64,000 bases of DNA, taken from Macrostomum lignano. Taxonomy: Eukaryota. The notes under the pieces were generated by a model, which worked only from the letters and a program-made list of their open reading frames with translations, made no database searches and had not been told where the DNA came from. The position numbers and the translations under genes are program-made. Shown here piece after piece: positions 1 through 11,694 of this stretch. The DNA lies in NCBI GenBank assembly GCA_002269645.1, contig NIVC01003406.1, positions 1-64,000 of the forward strand. Reading direction: 5' to 3'. How positions within the stretch are numbered: the first letter of the stretch is position 1; each line of letters opens with the position of its first letter.

Positions 1-3000
1 GGCCTCGCGATCTCGCTGCCGCTGCAGCTCCTCCGTTCGCGGCGGGACAGCTCAGGGGCCGGGGCGTCCGCTCGAGCTTCTTCACCGACTTGGTAGCGGC
101 CGGCTGCCGGTTCGGGTTCTCCGACTGGATCAGGTTCTCCACGCCGTGCGCCTGCGGCAGTTTGTGGGGTCGGATGGGATTCCCAATGGGATCAGATGGG
201 ATTCCCAATGGGATCAGATGGGATTCCCAATGGGATCAGATGGGATTCCAAATGGGATTAGATGGGATTCCCAAGGGATCAGATGGGATTCCCAATGGGA
301 TCAGATGGGATTCCCAATGGGATCAGATGAGATTTCCAATGGGATCAGATGGATTTTCAATGGGATCAGAAAGGAATTCTCAATGGATTAGATAGGGATT
401 CTCAATGATATCAGATGGGGATTCCCAAATGGGATCAAATGGGATCCTCAATGGGATCAGATACAGATGCTTATTGGATCAGATAGGATTCTCAATGGGA
501 TCAGATGGGATTCTTAATGGATTCTCAATGGGATCAGATGGGATTCTCATGGGATCAGATGGGATTCTTAGGTCAGTGGGATCTCAATGGGATCAGATAG
601 GGATTCTTATTGGGATCAGATAGGGATCTCAATGGGATCAGAAGGGGATTCTCATGGATCAGATAGGGGATTCCCAATGGGATCAGATGGGATCCTCAAT
701 GGGATCAGATAGGGATTCTTATTGGATAGATAGGGACTCAATGGGATCAGAAGGGGATTCTCAATGGGATCAGATAGGATCCTCAATGGGATCAGATAGG
801 GATTCTATGGGATCAGATGGGATCTCAATGGGATCAGATAGGGATTCTAATGGGATTAGATAGGGATTCTCAATGGGATAAGATGGGTCTCAATGGGATC
901 AGATGGGGATTCCTGATAGAGATTAAATAGGTCGGGATTCCCATCGGGGATCAAAGGAAAATTCTGGGATCAATAACTACTGAGAAGTTTGAAAAAGGCT
1001 TCTAAAAAACGGAGTTCCAATGGCTAGAAAATGATTTCCTTTTCTCACCTTAGTCTTCTCTCCATCCTCGTCTCCGCTGCCCCCAGCGGCTCCAGCATCC
1101 TCGGCCTCATCCTCAGACGAGTCGCTCTCGTCGCTTTCTTCCTTTTTCTTGCTTCGACCACCGCCGCCCTCTCTAACATTGAGCTCCTGGACCTCGCGGG
1201 CCAGCGTGTCCTCATCTGTAAACTGACGCCTGGCGCCCTTGTGCTGCGGACCGCGGCCTGGATTGCATTGCAAGGTTAGGGGCAATTGGTGTGCAAGATT
1301 GCATGGAATATCCAGTACTGTCACAAGCTTAACAAAGATTTCACATCATCAGTCAGCTCTACTACCTAAGCAACTTTGATGTTGTCTTGTCCTTGATTAA
1401 AAAACTGCTAGGCCTCTTTGACCTACAAAAATATAATAAAAAAAATATTTTACAAAAACATGAAACTATGAATAGACTGAAATGGCATTTAGCTTGGATA
1501 AAGGTATTTATTTGGTATCTAATATCCAAATTCGAGATATAAAATGTTAAAAGTGAATCAAACAAAAGCAAGAATCTCCTTTCTTTACTGCAAACGCTTA
1601 GGCCTTAATATACAAGCTAGTAATATGTTAACTAATTATTGAATTGCTCTAAATTACTATCTATAGAAATATCTTTTGGCTATAATAAGGCTTAATAGAT
1701 AGGTATCTATAAAAAAGTATGCTTCTAGTAGCAAAAATAATAGGCAAATCTAATAAAATCTAATTAATTATTTGGATATCTAGAATCTACAGGACTTTAT
1801 TACCCTTACTTCCAAATCTTATATATACACTAGAAAATTCCAGCATACAATAGATTTGAAAAAATGATTGGTATGAAGTATCCAACATAAAGAACAATCT
1901 GCCAGAAAATTGCGCCATAGAGCCAATATATGGCATAGCTGTTGGCATACAAAGGAACAAAATGTCATAATACAAAAAGGTCCTGTATTGTTGCAATGCA
2001 AAAAGGTTCTATATTGTGGCAATACCTTTAATAATTTCCAGTGTATATATCACGAGTAAAGTTGATTCTTGGTATAAACTTAAATTTATGATCTAGGGAG
2101 GTAATTTTTTCTGGCATTCCATGTAATATATATAAGAGTATAGCCCTATTATCAAAAAAGGCTAAATAAGTTTTTAATTTGTTTTTATAATTTTTTTTAT
2201 AATATTCATAAAATAAACTTATTTTATATCTTATATCTAAAGCTGAGTAGGCCAATCGATTGATTGACTAGCCAGGTTAAATGCGTATCTCTTCCTAGAT
2301 GGCTGCCAACTCAAATGCGAAACATATATATGTTTATATATCAATGCAAAATTTTCCTATGCAACAATAGGCTATTTTAATGTTGAAATTTTCAAAATTA
2401 AGTCTATGAAAAAAAGCAGAAAACTGTTTTCTTAACCTCTTTGGCCAGTTTGCCTCTTTAGTAGAAAGGTGGTGGCATGTTTGTAAAAATAACCACCCAA
2501 CCTCCTCTTGCAAGTTGCTGTGTATAGGAGGGGTGGGTGACATGTGTTATGCATTCAATACAAATAAACCCTTGCATGTTGGAGGCGCAATTAAATTTAT
2601 TGATTCCTCTAAAAGAGGGGGTTGGGCTTGGGTTGAGTGTACATAGCAGCTGTATAGTGTAAAAAGATAAAACTGTGTCAAGATTCAATTGGTTTTATTA
2701 TTGGCATCTTTTAATATGCAGCCCTATGTATTTGCTGGACAGTGAAATTCAATGAATAAACTTGCAAGCCTCTATGTAGCAAGCAATTGGGAAACTGGAA
2801 AATTTCAAATGCTAACTGTTCCTTGAGTTATAAACTTTGAGAGGAGAGATTTATATTGTTGGAAAGATCTTGCAATGCTAAGTTCAGGGATATAAGTTGT
2901 TTGCTTTTAATATGAACGCAAAAAACACAGCATTCTAAAAACAATTTCCATACTTTAAACTTTCTGCTAAGATTGTAGTCATTTTTGCAATAAGTTAAAG

Positions 3001-3413
3001 TCAGAGACCAAGAGATCAGGGGGGGTTGCATACACACATTCAAGCCAGCTATCATTTAAGTAATTTCAGAGTAATGAAGGTGAGTGACAAATTTCAATTG
3101 GTTTTATTATTGGCACCTTTAGTCAGTAAAAAAAGAGAGTAGAGAAAAGAAAGAAAGGAGAAGAGAAGAGAGATAATATAAAAGTGAGTAGATATGAGAG
3201 AGGAGAGATTAGAGATGACTGAGGGGAGAGAGAAGGGGTGAGGCAGGAATGAAGAGGGAGAGAGAAGAGAGAGTAAAGAGAAGAAAAGAGAGGAGAGGAA
3301 AAAAAGAGGATAGCAAATATAAGAAAGTACAGACACGAGAGAAGAAAGAGAAGAGAGAGAGAGGAGAGATGAGAGAAAAGAGAGAAGAAAAAAGGAGAGA
3401 AGAAAGAGAAAAT

Positions 3414-3457
<44 letters not shown>

Positions 3458-3465
3458 GAGAGGGG

Positions 3466-3496
<31 letters not shown>

Positions 3497-4712
3497 TGAG
3501 AGAGAGAGAGAAAAAAAGAGAGGAGATAAGAAAGGAGAGAGTAGAGAGGAGATAGAGGGAGTAGAGACCAGACGAGAGAGGAAATAAGAGAGTAGAAGAT
3601 GAGGGAAAAGAGAAGAGATGAAAGAGTAGAGAAGAGAAAGTAGTGAGGAGAAAGGAGAATAGATATAAATATAAGAACACAGAAAGGAGAGATTAGAGAT
3701 AATAGATAAGAGACGAGAGCAAAGAGAAGAAAGGATAATAGATAGGCCTAATAGATAAGAGATGAGAGCAAAGAGAAGAAAGGAGAGATTAAAGATAAGA
3801 GACCAAAGACTGCAAAGAGGAGAGAGGAAACATTAGAGAGTCTTAGTCTAAACAATGGCAGTAAAGAAATAGTATTTGAGAGGTTTTAGAAAGGATTTGG
3901 AGAGGATTTGGAAGATAGAATTTGGGTCATGGGATAGATTTCAGGGAATGGAATTTTGGCAATGGGAGTTCTATCCCCTTTCTCCTCCAATGGAGGAGTT
4001 GGCCTTGTAAAATATATTATTATCATTCTTTAATAAGATTCATTGCTAAAAGAATTTAAAACTATGTATAAAAAATAAATTTTAATAATAGGCCTAATAA
4101 AAAGTGTCTATCACAAATCTAGAAATTTGTAGATCAAATAGCAAATCTTTTGATTTGGTAACAACAATTCATGGGTTTTGAGATTGAGAATTCATTCAAA
4201 TATTGTACTTTTTGACAATTTTGACTTGTATTAGTAAATAAATGAAATTTTATAATTTAGTCTAGACTCTAGCCTAGATATTTAGATTGATAAAATTGTG
4301 TTTAATTATATTAGTAATTAGATTAGGCCTAGGTAAGAATGCATTCTAGTGCCTATTTATTAGTACCTAGCTAGAATTTTGGTACCTATTGCATTTGATG
4401 ATTTGTACTATACCTTTAAGAAACTAGTGAAATTGATTAGTGAAGTATTTAACAATTACAATAACTCATGTTAGGCCTATGCCACCTATACATATTAAAT
4501 ATTAGGCCTAAACTATAGTCCTTTAATACACAGAAAATTTGGTAATGATAGGCCTAAGCAGAGTAAGCCAAAGTTCCAAGACAAATGTGCCAGGTGAAAA
4601 AGTACACTTCTCGAAAAAGTAAGAATTATTTTATTAATTAAGTGGTAAATTTACACAAAAAATGGACACGATTTTATACAACAGTTTACAAATTCAATTT
4701 ACCTCTTGGCAT
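1..4712 (-). CDS. PDAP1: PDGFA-associated protein 1 / 28 kDa heat- and acid-stable phosphoprotein, 5' three exons (gene runs off the window start)
   Basis: Exons 4712-4703 (ATG CCA AGA G|gtaaat), 1257-1049 and 151-1 join in frame through GT-AG. They give MPRGRGPQHKGARRQFTDE...acidic tract...KTK|AHGVENLIQSENPNRQ...KSVKKLE, then ELSRRER...ELQRQRDREA after two 1-bp shifts. This matches PDAP1 family motifs (HKGRARQYT, GVEGLIDIENPNR, ELSRREREE). Confidence 0.9.
168..935. repeat. Minisatellite, ~22-bp unit AATGGGATCAGATGGGATTCCC, PDAP1 intron 2
   Basis: Tandem copies visible, degenerating towards 935. Explains ORFs 90-395, 146-391, 405-623 and 654-863. Confidence 0.95.
3128..3830. repeat. Polypurine (GA)n-rich low-complexity tract, PDAP1 intron 1
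   Basis: Almost pure A/G on the + strand, with a perfect (AG)n core around 3415-3450. Confidence 0.95.
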
Positions 4713-6390
4713 TCGATTCTAATAGATATTGATGTGTACCAAACAGATACTAGGCCTAATGTGAGATAGGAATCCTTTCCGCTTACAGAACTGTGGTTTC
4801 ACAACGAGATTACACAATAATGATACCAATTTTGACAGATTGTGACAGATTCTGACAGTTTGTAAGAAACTGAATATAATAATAGCTATTTTCTTTAAAT
4901 AGAACATTCAGTTGCACTCTTCTGCGGCTGTTAATAAAGCGCAATAAAATTTATTAAAAATGCACTTCTTCTTATTCAAATTTTTGGAATTATGTCCGCA
5001 AAATTTTAATGACTCTCACAATAGATTAGGCCGTTCATTTTTGTTGAAAAGAGAATACCGGCCCTTTAAATTGACGTTAGGGTTTAAGCTGGGGTAGGGC
5101 TCATGTACATGATTGTGCGGTTACATTTGCGGTTTGCGGTTTGCGGTTAGATTATTAATTAAGATTAGCAACGCGCCTGCTCTGTACATATATGCGTATT
5201 CTAGTGGGTATCGTAGCTACTTGTATGTGAATATATTACGGCACTATTGTATAAGCTATTACTATTATAAGCTGCATGATTCCCTCTTGATCCCGGCCGC
5301 GGCTCGGAAGATTGAAAAGCAAATCTAAATCTAATTGATTTGATCGAATGAACGCGATGAATTTCAGATTCTATAGGCTTTCCCAATGTATAGGGAGCAT
5401 TATGGACATCTGCTAAAGTCAAAGGTACATGCCCAGTGAAAAAAGCCTCGCGATTTGAATGCCTCGGCCTCGGTTTGCCGATCCCGCCAGTAATTGAAAT
5501 ATGTACTATATTTGCGTATCATTTACTGACAGTAGTAACTTGAAACCTTATAGGAACGCAATTATTTTCTGAAGTTCGGTGTACACATGTACATGTAAGA
5601 ATTAACCGCGGGAGGAATAGCGAATCCTAATCGGAAAAGAGATGACCATACATGTACATATAATAGGTCCATATAGCTGGTGTGTACGACCGTCAGTTTG
5701 AGCTGGAGGTGGGATATAAAGGATTAAATTTGTCTCCTCCTTGACTGAATGTACTGCGGTGCGGCATTCAAGCGACGTCGTCCGCAACCTGCCTACTACA
5801 TTATAGCCGCTAGCACGGCATCGTAACGGGATTGGCTAGGTTGTGTGGGAATCCCTACTCAAAACCATGTGGGATTGTGCAATAAATTCTAGACTATTAG
5901 GGAAATAAATGTACGTGTAGGAAACTAAATTGGCAGTCACAATCAATGTCGACTGAATCCAATTAACAAGTAGCTACATGTGTACCCCTCCTTGCAGCAA
6001 CAGAAACCCTCAGGCACCATCAGGCAACCCCCCGGGCAATAAAAAATGACGTGGCTGACTTGACTTGACCTTCGCAATTATTCCAATTTCCGTTCTGGTG
6101 CTAAGGTCTAAAGATCTAATTAAGATATTAAGCTAAGTGTCCACGGGCTCGACGATCGAGTACAAAGACGTATGGAGATGAGCTTTTCTAGCAGGACCGA
6201 AATCAACAGAGTTAACATTTCAGACCGACAGTAAGTAAAAATTCCCATTCATATCGATCGCACTGTAAATTTTTCATCGTAATCGTGGCTGTCAAAATCA
6301 ATGCAATGTACTGCAATGCGATCTTTTCGACACTTTGTGCAGTAAGCTTTTGCAGTGTTGTTCTGCTAGGCGGGAACCCCTACATGTAGC

Positions 6391-6860
6391 TGTCTCTTGG
6401 TGGGCGGCCCCGTGTCTCTTGGTGGGGCGCCCCTGTCAGTGGCGTAGCCAGGAATTTCAATTGGGGGGGGGCGGGTTGGCCTGGCTGACCAGCCTTATGC
6501 CATTGCCACTTTTGGCGCCGCAGGCACTCATTTTGGCGCCGCAGGCACTCATTTTGGCGCCGCAGGCACTCATTTTGGCGCCGCAGCAGGCACTCATTTT
6601 GGCGCCGCAGGCACTCAATTGCCTCATGGTTTTTGGTACCCGCCGCACTCAACCCAACCCCCCCCCCCAGGCGATTGGATTTGGTACGCCACTGGCCCCT
6701 GTCTCTTGGTGGGCGCCCCTGTGTCTTGGTGGGCGCCCCTGTCTCTTGGTGGGCGCCCCTGTCTCTTGGTGGGCGCCCCTGTCTCTTGGTGGGCGCCCCT
6801 GTCTCTTGGTGGGCGCCCCTGTCTCTTGGTGGGCGCCCCTGTCTCTTGGTGGGCGCGCCC
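6391..6860. repeat. 20-bp minisatellite GTCTCTTGGTGGGCGCCCCT interrupted by a MITE
   Basis: About 2 degenerate units before 6437 and about 8 near-perfect units after 6694. Confidence 0.9.
6437..6694. mobile_element. Non-autonomous hAT-type MITE (258 bp) with an internal 21-bp tandem repeat
   Basis: TIRs CAGTGGCGTA (6437) / TACGCCACTG (ending 6694); perfect 8-bp TSD GCCCCTGT at 6429-6436 and 6695-6702; subterminal G and C runs; internal GGCACTCATTTTGGCGCCGCA x~5. Confidence 0.9.
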
Positions 6861-7323
6861 CTGTGCCTGTCTTGGAGAAGAGCAATTTTTATTGGTGCGA
6901 TTGGGGGGAGAGGCCACAGCCCCTCCTGTCCCTCCTCTGCGTACGCTACCGACGTCGTATAAACGTACACGCAGTGTACGCGGTGGCAAGGAAGACTTTG
7001 CAGCCCTGCCCTCGACTGACACAGCCATGACAGGTTACAGGCACGTATGGTATAGTCAGACTGGGGCAGACATGCATAGACAGAAGAACACTAAGAGGTA
7101 TTATTCAAGCAGCAATTAATCGCAGGGCTGTACATGTACAAGCTACGCTACCGGACAGACATTCACAACTTACACAAAAGCTAGGGGTACGGTACGTTTT
7201 TCTCACTCAACATTAAGCCTGCTAGAAGACCTTGGCTGTCACCTGCGACTGTTAGATAGTACCAGTTAGTTAGTGCAGAAATCAAAGCTTACACCCTTGC
7301 TGAAGCAGACTGCAGCTGAGAGA

Positions 7324-10279
7324 ATGGCAGTTTCAACTAGCCTAGTGTTAGCCGGCGGTGCCGCAGCCCTGGGACTGTACTGGTACGGCCGGAAGCGGCT
7401 GGAGGACGGCAGGGAGCCTCCGTCAGTTGGTCGCTACCCTCTGGTTGGCAGCATGCGCCACATCCGCGAGCCGCTGTACCTCTGGCTGTACGAGAACTTC
7501 GGCTCGGAGCCCGTCGTTCGAGTGCACTTCGGCACCCAGTGCGTCTACGTGTTCAACAAGTTTTCCGCATTCAAGGAGGCCATGGTGGACAACGCCGACC
7601 AGTTGTCGGGACGTCCGAGCCAAAAGCTCACCGCCGTCTGTTCGGCGACATCGGCGGCATTGTGGCTTCGGACGGCGAGGTGTGGCGCGAGTACCGTCGC
7701 TTCACGTTGAAGACGCTGCGCGACTTCGGCTTCGGCCGACGCGGCGCCGAGGAAATCATCGCCGTTGAGGCGGAGCACCTGCGGCAGACGCTCGACGAAG
7801 CGGCTGGGAAGCCGGTGGAAACTTCGGTGCTGTTGAGCACGGCGACCAGCAACATCATCTGCCAGCTGGTGTTCGGCTCTCGGCTGGCCTCGGAGGACGA
7901 GAAGTTCGGAGAAATCCTCGAAGTGTTCCGCAAGATTACACACAACGAAGATACGAACTCGGCTAACGCGATGTTTCTGACGCTGATGCCAGTGATCGAG
8001 AGATTTCCTTTCATTGCCGATCTGCTGTTCAAAACGCCGGCTTCCAAGGCTGCCATTGACGATTTTTTGAGACTGCAGAGCTACTGCAACGAACAGCGGG
8101 ACAGGCACATTGCCGAGATGGAGGGCGTCGATAGAGCCAGGTGAGTTTATGGAGGAATTTTTCAACCGATGAATGTCGCTGTTTAATCCAACGACGAGTT
8201 TTACACAAGGACCACGAACAGTACAGTACAGATATGTACCTGATCATAAGAAGTGCACTTTCTCGTCAGACCCGTAAATTTAAAACCAAGGACCACTAAC
8301 AGCATTTTAGTATACTTTTAATGATCATGTGCATATCTGTGGATGAGGCACATAAATCTCTGATGATACTGAGGTGCATGTCTGTCGATGACGTACTGTT
8401 ACTTTGTCTGACAATGAGGTACATCTGAAAGAGGTGCAGGGTCAATAATATGGCACATAAACATGCACATGCTCAGCAATAGTGGCCCATAACGCACTCT
8501 ATCTGACTTAGTATTCTCAAGAAATATCTGTAGTATCTGTAGTATATGTACTTTTGTTACATATACTTCCATGTACATTTACCTGTACATGTATAGGCAG
8601 CCCTGTGAAAAAACGTTACCACACAGAGACTATATCGAGGCGCACCTGTTGTACCAGCGCGACCAGCCCGAAATGTTCAACAACACCCGTCTGACCATGG
8701 CCGTCAGCGACCTGTTCGTCGCTGGCACCGACACCACGGCCAACACGCTTCGCTGGGCGATCCTCTACATGATTGACAACCCGGATGTCTGCGAGAAAGT
8801 GCACAAAGAGGTTGTGAAGGCCATTGGAAACGACCGGCTGCCCACTATGCAGGACAAAGCAGCACTGCCGTACACTCAGGTTGGGAGAAAACTGCCAGTA
8901 ACTCGATGTAGAGGCGCGGGCCATTTCCCATATTATCTAGCTATATACAAGTTTTAATGACTGATGCATGACTGCGGTGACTTAATTTCCAGGAACTGTT
9001 TTGTTGTGATGATCGATGCTTTTGAGCATGCGTTAAATGGTACGCCTGTGTACCTGTGCCTAAATGATTTGTTAAAGCAGGTGATGTCGGTTGTCAGATG
9101 ATTCCCTCAAACAGGCAATGTTCATAAGCCATCTTCAAAAAGACGATGTCTTCGACCGAGGTCCACACCATGTTCTCTAAGCAGGCATGTCCTCGTTTCA
9201 GATGATGTTATCCAAGCAGGCATGTCCTCGTTTCAGATGATGTTATCCAAGCAGGCATGTCCTCGTCTCAGATGATGTTCTCTAAGCAGGTAATGTCCTC
9301 GTCTCAGATGATGTTCTCTAAGCAGGCAATGTCCTCGTCTCAGATGATGTCTTCGAAGCAGGCAATGTCCTCGTCTCAAATGATGTTCTCTAAGCAGGCA
9401 TGTCCTCGTCTCAGATGATGTCTTCGAAGCAGGCATGTCCTCGTCTCAGATGATGTTCTCTAAGCAGGTAATGTCCTCGTCTCAGATGATGTTCTCTAAG
9501 CAGGTAATGTCCTCGTCTCAGATGATGTCTTCGAAGCAGGCAATGTCCTCGTCTCAGATGATGTCTTCGAAGCAGGCAATGTCCTCGTCTCAAATGATGT
9601 TCTCTAAGCAGGTAATGTCCTCGTCTCAGATGATGTTCTCTAAGCAGGTAATGTCCTCGTCTCAGATGATGTCTTCGAAGCAGGCATGTCCTCGTCTCAG
9701 ATGATGTTCTCTAAGCAGGTAATGTCCTCGTCTCAGATGATGTCTTCGAAGCAGGCAATGTCCTCGTTTCAGATGATGTCCTCTCATGTCCCTCGCTCAA
9801 CAATGTCCTTCATTTTCAAGGCCGTGCTCGAAGAAGTCAACCGCAAAGCCAGCCTCGCCCCAATGGGAGTTTTCCACCGAGTTGTGGACGAAGTCACTCT
9901 GGCCAACAGTGGCGGCTGGAAGCTTCAGCCAGACAGCATCTGCACCTTCAACACGTACGCCATCCACCACGACCCGGCGGTGTTCCCGCAGCCAGAGAAG
10001 TTTCTGCCGGAGCGGCACCTGAAGGAGGACGGGCAGTTCGCGGCCAGCCCGCACCTGTCCACCTTCGGCCTGGGCAAGAGGGCCTGCCTTGGCGAGAGTC
10101 TGGCCCGCATGGAGCTGCTGGTGTTCTTCGTGGCTCTTGTGCAGCGCTACAGCTTCAGCCTGGACCCCGAGGACAGCCGGACAATGTGGCAGCTCACCGA
10201 GGATCCGAGCTTCTCCAAGGGCACCGTGCTGAGGTCCCCGCCGCTGCACAAGATCGTGTTCAAAGCTAGAAATATTTAG
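7324..10279 (+). CDS. Cytochrome P450, CYP2-clan-like, 3 exons, one apparent 1-bp frameshift near 7632
   Basis: Exons 7324-8140, 8627-8879 and 9821-10279 join in phase (AG|A, CAG|GCC). N-terminal anchor, WxxxR (WREYRR), RDYI, I-helix AGTDTT, ExxR (EVNR), PERH and heme motif FGLGKRACLG are all present. Confidence 0.93.
9165..9785. repeat. 35/36-bp minisatellite ATGTCCTCGTCTCAGATGATGTTCTCTAAGCAGGTA, CYP intron 2
   Basis: About 16-17 tandem copies ending ~35 nt before the exon 3 acceptor. Confidence 0.95.
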
Positions 10280-11694
10280 CCAGGGATAATCTGGGATTAC
10301 TAATCTCCATACCCTGATGGGGATTAAACTGTTCTCATAAATTGCACACTAAATCTGATCAAAACTAACCATGGAAGCAAGAAGTGTGTATTTTTTTGTA
10401 AATTTCAAATTTTAAAATTAAGTTTTTGTTTAAATCTACCACAAATTTAGCAGCTTTAAGGAACCTCCCCACCCCTCGAGGTTAAGATTTGACTCTGTGC
10501 ATGGACACGTGCGTGTTTAGGCTCATATATACCTTTCCATACTTTTATTGCAGTAAAACTATTATACGTAAAACAAAGAAATAAGTTAATTTTTTAATCT
10601 CCATTCACTCAGTTATTGTTTTTGTAAAGTAGAGTAGAGGGTTATACGCACTTTTTGTATTTTTCGGGATAAATTATAGGCACTATAGAAACGATGCTTT
10701 GTACTAGCTGTAGTGCAGACAGACAGTAGCATATACAGTAGAAATAAGGTTTCAATGAATTAAATTTATAAAAAACAATTTTATCCAGTACAAAAGTAAA
10801 CTTTTTTCGAAATGAACTTTTTTCTTGAACTCGTTAATGTCCGAACAGTCAGCTGTGCGAGCTGGAGCTGCAAACGATTTCTACTGAATTTTTAAAACTA
10901 GAATCGGTTTTCGTTGCAATCATGATTAAGCTACTACAGTAGTATATAAAGCATATATTGTTAGTCTACGACGCAGTAAAAAATTCTACAAAACGTATTG
11001 ATTAAAACAAATAGCTTTCAGAGCTTGGTGCAATAAAACGAATCTTTTTCGCGTGACCGAGTATTAAACCAAAATGTGATTGAAAAGTTTAAACGAAAAT
11101 GTGTTTGTACAGGAAAGAAATATTAATGGGAAAAAATGAAAAGGACTGATACATGTAGCTACCCTTTGGGGAATCAGAGTATTGGGGATGTGGAGCTGGT
11201 TACGGATCTTGAGATTTTGTATACGAGGATCTAAGACTGGAAGAGAAAGAACCAGGGAAGAGAGACAATAGGAGAGGAAGGGCAGGGAATTGAGATGAAG
11301 GGAGAGGAATGAATGGGAGATGAGAGGAGTGGGTGGGGAAATCCGCCGAGGCAGTCATCAATTCTTTCATTCGGTATGCAAGTGAAAGAAGGAACATTAT
11401 TAAAAGGATTATAAAAATTAAGCTCCACATGAGCTGTGAGATGATAAAAATGTCTAATGTTTGTTTACAGTCGATAAAAGGAAGAAGTGAGATTCCTTCT
11501 AAACCTCAGTCTGAGTTCAGTTCATGCTTATAAGTCGGTGTCAACGTAGAAAATTTGTAAAATGGCATGCCATAGCCTGATCTAAGACCAGCTTCTCGAT
11601 TGGAAGCAATTTTTGCACCATCACCGTTTGTGAAAATTACAAAGACTGCAAACCGCATAGTTGTTTGTTTCGAAATTTCTTCTTAATCAAGAGC

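Noticed and set aside
90-863. Repetitive ORFs (GSDGIPNGIRWDSQWDQM...) and similar periodic ORFs at 6335-7119, 9233-9704, 23349-23714, 24115-24663, 37624-38467, 51707-53038 and 61607-62071
   Set aside because: They are translations of minisatellites, open in several frames and on both strands, and most lie inside introns of well-supported genes.
3123-3680. Hydrophobic L/S/F-rich and R/E-rich ORFs
   Set aside because: Artefacts of the (GA)n/(TC)n tract.
9686-9820. Met-rich N-terminal extension of CYP exon 3
   Set aside because: The 36-bp repeat happens to be in frame; a canonical TTTTCAAG acceptor at 9820 joins exon 2 in phase.
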